From: an uncultured virus (IMG/VR IMGVR_UViG_3300043177_000093)
Lineage: Duplodnaviria > Heunggongvirae > Uroviricota > Caudoviricetes
IMG/VR virus record: IMGVR_UViG_3300043177_000093
Location: 1-63,433 of that record
Length of the DNA: 63,433 nucleotides
Direction: 5' to 3' (one strand)
The notes beneath the pieces were generated by a model. That model was not told the DNA's origin, did no database searches, and saw nothing but the letters and a program-made list of their open reading frames with translations. Shown here piece by piece: positions 1 through 6,231 of the stretch. The stretch's first letter is position 1, and each line of letters starts with the position of its first letter. A program made the translations under genes and the position numbers.

Positions 1-32
1 GGTCTTCCAACGTGACTAAGTAGCAGACACGA

Positions 33-329
33 ATGGCTGAGTTCTATCCTTATCCACCGAAACTCTGCCTCAACGGAACGAGTTTCAGTGAGCTTCGCCG
101 TCAGAAGCAGGAATTGGCTAACAAGCTGATGGACTGCCTGAATGCCCTACAAGCAGCAGCTCCGCACGCCAGAGATTGGCAGATTGATAAGGGGACCATC
201 GACTACATGGCAGCCAAAACTGAACACAAGCTGCGCATCCAGACCCTGGAAGGAATGCTGACCGCCATCAACGTAGAACTGGAACTGTTGGAAGAGCAGA
301 AACTCCGTAGAGGAAAGATTCCTGAGTGA
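33..329 (+). CDS. hypothetical coiled-coil protein
   Basis: 98-aa ORF; its stop overlaps the next start (GTGA). Confidence 0.6.
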   Translation: MAEFYPYPPKLCLNGTSFSELRRQKQELANKLMDCLNALQAAAPHARDWQIDKGTIDYMAAKTEHKLRIQTLEGMLTAINVELELLEEQKLRRGKIPE

Positions 330-874
330 TGGTCAGCACAGTCTACAAACCGACAGACGAGGAGTTCAAATACCTCGTCAAGAAATTCCTCTCTGCAACT
401 ATGGATCTGTTTGCAGATTCAGTTTCTGCTGGCCTAGAGCCGGCTAGCCTAGCTCTCTACCAGGAACACGATGCTAAGATAACTGTTATCGGCATAGAAC
501 TAGAAAATACATCCATAAAAAGACAAGAGCAGCTTTTCCTACTGGGCAGAAGCCTGAAAGACTCTGGAAGGCAGATCCAGGCATTTATGACCAGTTTACT
601 ATCCTGGAGTGTAGCACTCAAGCCTGGAGAAGACATGCCAAAAGACCTAAGCAAAGATGCCCGAAGAAAAGAGATTGTGAGCATTCAAGCTAGAACACAT
701 GATGGAAGACAAGCAGTGTGTACTTTACACACTGGGCGGCTTCAGGAGCAGCAGCCAATGAATTATGGAGACCCCGAAACAGAGTTTTTTCCAGACCTTC
801 CAAAAGGCTATGAGGCTAAACTGGTGAATGCTTTCTGGAACGGTTACCATTACCAGCCACCGAATGCGGCCTAA
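326..874 (+). CDS. hypothetical protein
   Basis: 182-aa ORF coupled to neighbours by overlapping start/stop codons. Confidence 0.6.
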   Translation: MMVSTVYKPTDEEFKYLVKKFLSATMDLFADSVSAGLEPASLALYQEHDAKITVIGIELENTSIKRQEQLFLLGRSLKDSGRQIQAFMTSLLSWSVALKPGEDMPKDLSKDARRKEIVSIQARTHDGRQAVCTLHTGRLQEQQPMNYGDPETEFFPDLPKGYEAKLVNAFWNGYHYQPPNAA

Positions 875-1182
875 TGAGAACAGTCTACAAATACCAGTTT
901 CAGCTCGCAGATGAAACCATTCTGTTCATGCCAAGAGGATCAACCTTTCTGCATGTAGGAGAGCAGGATGGATTAGTTACCATCTGGGCGCTGGTTGATC
1001 AGAGCGCCGAACTGGAGCCCAGAAAGTTCTATGTTTATGGAACGGGCAATCCTGTTCCAAACGGCGTCGGCTTCCTGGGCACGTTTAGAGCTGACCCGTT
1101 TGTATGGCATGTTTTTTATGACGAGTTCCCGGTCTCTCTAGGAGAAAGAAAAGACGATGCTGGTCCTGGTAATCAAACGTGA
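874..1182 (+). CDS. conserved small phage protein (DUF7352-like)
   Basis: MRTVYKY...MP.G...LHV..Q.....IWALVD...R.F.V.GTG...P....FLGT.....FVWHVF pattern, typical of a widespread phage family. Confidence 0.65.
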   Translation: MRTVYKYQFQLADETILFMPRGSTFLHVGEQDGLVTIWALVDQSAELEPRKFYVYGTGNPVPNGVGFLGTFRADPFVWHVFYDEFPVSLGERKDDAGPGNQT

Positions 1183-1480
1183 CATCGAGATGGCGCAGCC
1201 TAATGAGCACAATAATCCCATTGTCAGAGCGCTAAAGCGCATTGCCCGAGGTCGGCTTGAGATCACTGCTGATAATGAAGAAGTCAAGATAGGCTGCAAG
1301 GCGTACTCCATCACTTGGAAAACACCAAGAGATATCATCAAGTTTCTCAATGAGTACTATGCCGGGACCGATATGGAGGCAAAAGCACCATTCGAATTCA
1401 AACTGGAAGTCCCGAATCCATTCTCTATCTTTGCCGACGAGACCAATCGGTACGCCATGAGGAAGTCCAAAGGAATCTAA
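1157..1480 (+). CDS. hypothetical protein
   Basis: 107-aa ORF in the co-oriented early cluster. Confidence 0.5.
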   Translation: MLVLVIKRDIEMAQPNEHNNPIVRALKRIARGRLEITADNEEVKIGCKAYSITWKTPRDIIKFLNEYYAGTDMEAKAPFEFKLEVPNPFSIFADETNRYAMRKSKGI

Positions 1481-1487
1481 CTAGGCA

Positions 1488-1736
1488 ATGCCCTATTTCC
1501 TACGCCTTCCCATCTTCCATTTTCCAGAAGAGCCATTTCGTTGTGACTGGTACGGATGTGATCGCACCCCAAAGGTCCAGTGGCCGTCAGGTGCCACTCT
1601 CTATAATGAGAAAGTCTCAATGAAACTGTGTCATAAACATGCGGAGATGATGTCCAAAGCAGAGAAACGAGTGCTTCGCATTCGACGGCACAAGGAGCAG
1701 ACAGAGAATCCAGACTCGAAAAGGCCCAACTCATGA
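1488..1736 (+). CDS. small Cys/His (Zn-finger-like) protein
   Basis: CDWYGC...LCHKH motif; ATGA overlap with the next gene. Confidence 0.5.
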   Translation: MPYFLRLPIFHFPEEPFRCDWYGCDRTPKVQWPSGATLYNEKVSMKLCHKHAEMMSKAEKRVLRIRRHKEQTENPDSKRPNS

Positions 1737-2452
1737 ATATCCAAGGACTTATGGAAGTCTGCAAGGAAATCGGAAAGATTCAGGACTTTTCGCTTCTACC
1801 TGCTTCTGCGGAGGCTAGCTTTCTCTCAGGTCTGCGGGGATCCCCATCCCTTCTCGGAGCAGAGGAGACAGTCACAATGGCAATCGAGAGAAAAGCTCTG
1901 TGGGAACCAGCCTGGAAAGGGCCGATCGAGGGTTGGACAGTCAACTTCACAGCCAAAAATCTCTGGCGTGTTGCTCCCCTGTATGAGTTCGAGGATTTGG
2001 TGCAGGAAGCCTACACCGTATTTCTCCGCTGCATCCGGGCCTACCCGGAGGTCTTCGAGCCGGCCCATTTCATGGCCCTCTACCAGCGTAGCGTAATGCG
2101 GCATCTAATCGATCTATCTAATATCCGAACAGCGGAGCGCAACATCAGGCCGCCGAAGGACCAGCTTCGGGAGCAACTCCGAGACAGGCTTGCCCAGCCC
2201 TCCAAGGAGCTTCAGGAGACCGACCTGAACCTGCTCCTGGAAGACGCCCCCAAAGCCCTCCAGGACTTCGCAGAAGCCTTCTACGCCCTACCCAGGGCTG
2301 CGAGCGCCATCTGGCGCGACCTGGACACCGGCTGGCGTGAGACCAGGGCCACCCGTGTAAGACGTTTGTTTGGGAGAAAGGGCTGGAAAGAGACTAGGAA
2401 ATGGCTTATGGATCTTGAAATTCCGATGCTGGAAAACATGCTGAGCGTATAA
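1733..2452 (+). CDS. sigma-70 region 2-like phage transcription factor
   Basis: EFEDLVQEAYTVFLRCIRAY resembles sigma region 2 (EDLxQE); true start may be the ATG at 1877. Confidence 0.5.
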   Translation: MNIQGLMEVCKEIGKIQDFSLLPASAEASFLSGLRGSPSLLGAEETVTMAIERKALWEPAWKGPIEGWTVNFTAKNLWRVAPLYEFEDLVQEAYTVFLRCIRAYPEVFEPAHFMALYQRSVMRHLIDLSNIRTAERNIRPPKDQLREQLRDRLAQPSKELQETDLNLLLEDAPKALQDFAEAFYALPRAASAIWRDLDTGWRETRATRVRRLFGRKGWKETRKWLMDLEIPMLENMLSV

Positions 2453-2482
2453 GTGAGACAAGCCATCTCCCACAAACTGTAA

Positions 2483-3382
2483 ATGGAGATTCTAGAAAAC
2501 ATGACAGAAACAATCAAATCGATTGAAGAAGAACTGGTCGAGGCCACAGGAACTACGAAGGAGGAGTCAGAATCCAGGAATAAGTACCTGAGCAGGCTGC
2601 TGCGGGCCTGTTCCAAGCTGCCGGATGAGATTTGGGAATCGTTGTCGAACGAGGCCCAACAATGGGTCAACGATGGCATTGAGGCCATGACCAGTAAGCT
2701 GGATATTCCAGAATTCCCGGGATCCGAGGCTGGGACGTTTGGCGGAGAGGGTGAGGATCCGGAAGAAATTGCAGCCGAGGTGACGGACGAGCCCGAAGAA
2801 GTCGAGGAAGTTCTTGCAGAAGCCGAGCCCGAGCCTATCCTGGCTCCTCCCGTCAAGAGGGGACCTGGACGGCCAAGGAAGAGCCCTCTGCTCCAGCAGC
2901 CAGCTCCTACTGCGCAGGTGGCTGAGGCTCCGGTCAAGCGGAAGCGGGGACGGCCTCGTAAGAACCCTCTGCCCGAGCAGTCAGTCCAACAACCGAAACA
3001 GGAGATCGTTGTACAAGAACCAGTCAAGCGGAAGCGTGGCAGACCGCCGAAGGTGGTTGCCCCGCAGCCTGTTGAAGAGCTTCCGAAGACTGGACCGCGT
3101 GCAGCTCCTCCTGAGCAAGAAGAACTGGACACAGCGGATACGAACAACGTACTCATCTTCAATCGCAGTCGGGACCGATCGACTACTGGCGGCCCTGAGT
3201 TCTACCGAGAGCTGGTTCTTGCACACCCAAATCTGACTCGGGATCAACTCCGAGCACATTGTGTCAAACAGGGCTACGAAATCCAACCTGGAACAGCAAA
3301 CTCAATCTATTACGAGGCAAGAAAACTACTGGAACTGTTGCAACGCAAGAAAATGTTGAGGCTCCCCCCCAAAGGAAACTGA
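2483..3382 (+). CDS. acidic, triple AT-hook DNA-binding protein (HMGA-like)
   Basis: KRGPGRPRK, KRKRGRPRK and KRKRGRPPK motifs after an E-rich tract; helical N- and C-terminal domains. Confidence 0.7.
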   Translation: MEILENMTETIKSIEEELVEATGTTKEESESRNKYLSRLLRACSKLPDEIWESLSNEAQQWVNDGIEAMTSKLDIPEFPGSEAGTFGGEGEDPEEIAAEVTDEPEEVEEVLAEAEPEPILAPPVKRGPGRPRKSPLLQQPAPTAQVAEAPVKRKRGRPRKNPLPEQSVQQPKQEIVVQEPVKRKRGRPPKVVAPQPVEELPKTGPRAAPPEQEELDTADTNNVLIFNRSRDRSTTGGPEFYRELVLAHPNLTRDQLRAHCVKQGYEIQPGTANSIYYEARKLLELLQRKKMLRLPPKGN

Positions 3383-3393
3383 CGGAACCCCTC

Positions 3394-3458
3394 GGGGACA
3401 GCGGAGTTTCCTCCTGAGAGAGGCATCTTTCAGGTTACTTTCTCCGCTGTCCCCCTTT
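3394..3458 (+). terminator. long stem-loop (terminator or processing hairpin)
   Basis: GGGGACAGCGGAG 3394-3406 pairs with CTCCGCTGTCCCC 3442-3454; inner CCTGAGAG/CTTTCAGG stem; only a short T run follows. Confidence 0.55.
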
Positions 3459-3476
3459 GCTCTCTAAAAACCAGAA

Positions 3477-3553
3477 CGCGGGTAACTCGACCAGAGAACA
3501 GAGGCGCGGCTCATAACCGCGTTAGCTTGGTGCGACTCCAAGGCCCGCTACCA
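3477..3553 (+). tRNA. tRNA-Met(CAT), initiator-like, atypical
   Basis: acceptor CGCGGGT/GCCCGCT with C1:U72 mismatch, A73 and encoded CCA; anticodon arm CGCGG-CTCATAA-CCGCG; T-arm CTTGG-TGCGACT-CCAAG; D-loop lacks GG. Confidence 0.8.
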
Positions 3554-3566
3554 GAACACGACTCAA

Positions 3567-3668
3567 GTGAGCTGGATGTTTTAGACCTCGGAGAAAACTC
3601 CGATGAGTGATTGACCCCCCTGACCAATGGTGGGGCCAACTCTAAAACAGAATCCATGCTCCACACCA
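3567..3668 (+). ncRNA. Y-RNA-like unit 0 with a two-hairpin apical domain
   Basis: GTGAGC/GCTCCAC terminal stem plus ACCA; TGTTTTAGA/TCTAAAACA upper stem; internal TCGGAG-AAAA-CTCCGA and TTGACCCC/GGGGCCAA hairpins. Confidence 0.6.
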
Positions 3669-3673
3669 ATCAC

Positions 3674-3733
3674 GGAGAGCCGAAGAAAGCCGGTCACAAG
3701 AAAGATCGACTTTCAGATCCAAGCTCTCCATCA
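3674..3733 (+). ncRNA. Y-RNA-like unit 1
   Basis: GGAGAGC/GCTCTCC 7-bp stem; GCCGAAG matches the bacterial Ro-binding GNCGAAN(0-1)G motif; upper stem GAAAGCCGGTC/GATCGACTTTC. Confidence 0.75.
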
Positions 3734-3738
3734 TCCAC

Positions 3739-3804
3739 GCTGGGCCGTATGATGTGGGTTATAGCTACACATAATCCCATATCAAAACTCCACGCTCAGC
3801 ACCA
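3739..3804 (+). ncRNA. Y-RNA-like unit 2
   Basis: GCTGGGC/GCTCAGC stem plus ACCA; GCCGTA; upper stem TGATGTGGG/CCCATATCA with GGTTA. Confidence 0.75.
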
Positions 3805-3809
3805 ATCAA

Positions 3810-3941
3810 GCCGAGCCGGATTGTGTTGGTTACCTCTTGGAAGGAGTGGTTGTTGGTTCGATTCCAACCTCCCCGACTAAACCGGGGAGTAGCTCAATTG
3901 GCAGAGCACTTACGCCAATGCAAAAATTACGCTCGGCGCCA
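3810..3941 (+). ncRNA. yrlA: YrlA-type Y RNA with a circularly permuted tRNA-like domain (unit 3)
   Basis: GCCGAGC/GCTCGGC stem plus GCCA; T-arm GTTGG-TTCGATT-CCAAC (3852-3868) precedes a loop-closed acceptor stem CTCCCCG/CGGGGAG (3869-3889) and D-arm GCTC-AATTGGCA-GAGC (3892-3907); lies upstream of a Ro60 gene. Confidence 0.9.
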
Positions 3942-3946
3942 ATCAC

Positions 3947-4014
3947 TGCGAGCCGGACGCGCGTGGGTTACACGACTAATGTATCCCCCACACGCACCAA
4001 CACGCTCGCAGCCA
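3947..4014 (+). ncRNA. Y-RNA-like unit 4
   Basis: TGCGAGC/GCTCGCA stem plus GCCA; GCCGGA; upper stem GCGCGTGGG/CCCACACGC with GGTTA. Confidence 0.75.
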
Positions 4015-4019
4015 ATCAC

Positions 4020-4082
4020 CCAGGGTCGGAGATGGTCGGTTATTATAGAATTACCCGATCATCGTCAACATACCCTGGACTA
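4020..4082 (+). ncRNA. Y-RNA-like unit 5
   Basis: CCAGGGT/ACCCTGG stem plus ACTA; GTCGGA; upper stem GATGGTCGG/CCGATCATC with GGTTA; ends just before the Ro60 ribosome-binding site. Confidence 0.7.
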
Positions 4083-4095
4083 CCTTGGAGGAGAA

Positions 4096-5739
4096 ATGCA
4101 GAAGTTTCATCAGTACGCTAACAAACTAGCTACCCCGCAATCCGATCAAGCCGATCCGAGGCAGGTCGAGAACTCGGCGGGAGGCTGGTCGTTCCAAGTA
4201 TCAAAGTGGTCTCAGTTGGATCGATTTCTGGTCCTTGGAACTGAGGGCGGCACTTATTATCTCACAGAAAAAGCTCTCACTCTTACCAACGTAAAGTCGG
4301 TAACCGCTTGCCTGGCTGAGGATCCAACCAGAACAATCAATCGGATTGTTGAAGTTTCACAGAACAGACTGGCTCCGAAGAACGATCCCGCAATCTTTGC
4401 GCTGGCTGTAGCATTCGGAGCCAAGCCTCAGGTTGGGCCTGAAGTCATGGAACAGGCCCTGTTGAAGGTGTGCCAGACTGGTACGGACATCCTGCACTTC
4501 TGTGAGTACGTCCAGAGTCAACTTGGTTGGGGTCGTACTCTGCGTAGAGCTGTGTCCCGCTGGTATGGCACGCGCAGTAGGTCTGTGGACGACCTGGCCT
4601 ATCAGCTCGTGAAATATCGCCAGCGTGACAACTGGGCTCAACGAGATGTTTTGCGTCTTGCGCACCCAGTATCCAGGGATCCTGTAAAGAGAGCAATCTT
4701 TGCCCTGGTGGCAGGCAAGTACGATGAGGCCCGATACCGAGAAGCCCTAGGAGAGAATCCATCTCCGAAGATGATCGAAGGCTATTTTGCAGCTAGCAAG
4801 GCGAAGACCGAGAAGGAGGTCGTCGAGGCCATCAAAACCTTCGGAATCACTAGGGAAATGGTGCCCACTGAACACCTGACTCCGAAGGTCTGGGGAGCGC
4901 TGCTGCACAAGATGCCTGTGATTGCTTCCATCAGAAATCTAGGCAATCTGTCGAAGCACGATCTTCTGAGCGAGCTGTCCGAAGGCGAGAAGAGTGTTCT
5001 GGAGCGGCTAAGTGAGCCCGTTCTCCAGAAGGCCAAGGTTCATCCTCTACAAGTCCTGAGTGCTCTATTGACCTATTCACAGGGTCATGGGACGCGCGGT
5101 TCCGGAACATGGAAAGTCAATTCCAGGATCGTCGATGCTCTGGATCGAGGTTTTGAGTATTGCTTCAAGAACGTAGAGCCGACCGGACTGCGTATTCAGG
5201 TAGCTCTGGACGTATCTGGATCGATGAGTTCAGGCACTGTTGGCGGTGTTTCTGGGCTGAGCCCTAGAATGGCGTCGGCGGCTCTGAGCATGATTTTTGC
5301 TCGTAGGGAGTCCAACTGCTACATCATGGCCTTCTCTGACAGGTTCATGCCTCTGAACATCGGACCGCGCCAGCGTCTTGATGATGTGGTTCAAGCCACT
5401 TCTCAGCTTCCTTTCATGAGAACGGACTGCTCTCTTCCAATGATCTGTGCTCTCCAGAAAAAGATCCCTACAGACCTGTTCATCGTCCTGACGGACAATG
5501 AGACCTGGGCTGGACAGATGCACCCATACCAAGCTCTGACCAAGTACCGAAACCAGATGAATATCAACTCGAAACTGGTGGTTGTCGGGATGACCGCCAA
5601 CAAGTTCACGATCGCGGTGCCTAATGATCCAGGAATGCTAGATGTGGTTGGATACTCCTCGGATATCCATCAGGTGATCACGTCTTTTGCCTCATTGCAA
5701 GAGAGGCAATCCTCGCGGCAGGGACCCCACTTAGCTTAG
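4096..5739 (+). CDS. rsr: Ro60/Rsr TROVE-vWA RNA-binding protein (547 aa)
   Basis: NSAGGWSF, RFLVLGTEGGTYY, GWGRTLRRAV, YQLVKYRQR..W..RDVLRLAHP, IRNLG, MIDAS DVSGSM, TDCSLPM, TDNETW, DPGMLDVVG; GGAGG 4087-4091 precedes ATG 4096 (the track start at 3823 lies inside the RNAs). Confidence 0.95.
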   Translation: MQKFHQYANKLATPQSDQADPRQVENSAGGWSFQVSKWSQLDRFLVLGTEGGTYYLTEKALTLTNVKSVTACLAEDPTRTINRIVEVSQNRLAPKNDPAIFALAVAFGAKPQVGPEVMEQALLKVCQTGTDILHFCEYVQSQLGWGRTLRRAVSRWYGTRSRSVDDLAYQLVKYRQRDNWAQRDVLRLAHPVSRDPVKRAIFALVAGKYDEARYREALGENPSPKMIEGYFAASKAKTEKEVVEAIKTFGITREMVPTEHLTPKVWGALLHKMPVIASIRNLGNLSKHDLLSELSEGEKSVLERLSEPVLQKAKVHPLQVLSALLTYSQGHGTRGSGTWKVNSRIVDALDRGFEYCFKNVEPTGLRIQVALDVSGSMSSGTVGGVSGLSPRMASAALSMIFARRESNCYIMAFSDRFMPLNIGPRQRLDDVVQATSQLPFMRTDCSLPMICALQKKIPTDLFIVLTDNETWAGQMHPYQALTKYRNQMNINSKLVVVGMTANKFTIAVPNDPGMLDVVGYSSDIHQVITSFASLQERQSSRQGPHLA

Positions 5740-5767
5740 CGCATAGGCTGAGTGGGGTCCCGTTTTT
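5721..5767 (+). terminator. intrinsic terminator after rsr
   Basis: GGGACCCCACTTAGC/GCTGAGTGGGGTCCC stem followed by GTTTTT. Confidence 0.75.
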
Positions 5768-5779
5768 CTGAGGTGACAG

Positions 5780-6046
5780 ATGGAAAAGAAAACAATCCGA
5801 GAGACACTACTCTTCTGTGATACTGCACGCGGAGACCATGTTCGTGTGTGGTTCCACTATGGGCCTTTTGTGCAAGCCAACATGACAGCAGTAAAGCAAG
5901 CTGCCAGCATCATCTGCGATCCTAACATGACGCTGAGGGATGTGGCTGATCATCTTGCAAAGTTTTCTGGCGTGAATGCTGTTGAGGCTCGTCCAAATGG
6001 CTTAGACGAAGAAACCGCCGAACTCACCTATAACGACTGGCCATGA
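5780..6046 (+). CDS. hypothetical protein
   Basis: 88 aa, GAGGTG ribosome-binding site. Confidence 0.55.
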   Translation: MEKKTIRETLLFCDTARGDHVRVWFHYGPFVQANMTAVKQAASIICDPNMTLRDVADHLAKFSGVNAVEARPNGLDEETAELTYNDWP

Positions 6047-6150
6047 GCACTAAATACAGACTAGCTATAGTTGGGATTTTCAGCGTGTTCTGCTGGTTGG
6101 CAGCAGGCTATTTTTTGGCCTACGTCATAATTCTCTTGGCAAGACCATGA
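6043..6150 (+). CDS. 35-aa single-TM microprotein (not in ORF track)
   Basis: MSTKYRLAIVGIFSVFCWLAAGYFLAYVIILLARP; ATGA overlap with the upstream gene. Confidence 0.45.
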   Translation: MSTKYRLAIVGIFSVFCWLAAGYFLAYVIILLARP

Positions 6151-6231
6151 AGAGTAATCCAAACTGGATCAAAAACCGCTAGCCGGCTGTCGATTGAGCA
6201 AAGATTTCCTCAAACACGCTGACCAAGAAAC

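Noticed and set aside
3586-3640. Hammerhead ribozyme in unit 0 (CCGATGAG resembles CUGAUGAG)
   Set aside because: The core has C instead of U, and there is no correctly placed GAAA and stem III.
3883-3960. Conventional tRNA starting CGGGGAGTAGCTCAATTGGCAGAGC
   Set aside because: No anticodon arm or T-arm follows; the T-arm lies upstream, so this is the permuted YrlA domain.
3567-4082. CRISPR array interpretation of the repeated CCAATCA units
   Set aside because: The shared sequence is only ~9 nt, the 'spacers' are self-complementary structured RNAs of unequal length, and no cas genes are present.
3823-4095. 91-aa N-terminal extension of Ro60 and short ORFs 3611-3880 and 3837-4121
   Set aside because: They overlap structured RNAs; a strong GGAGG precedes ATG 4096, where Ro60 similarity begins.
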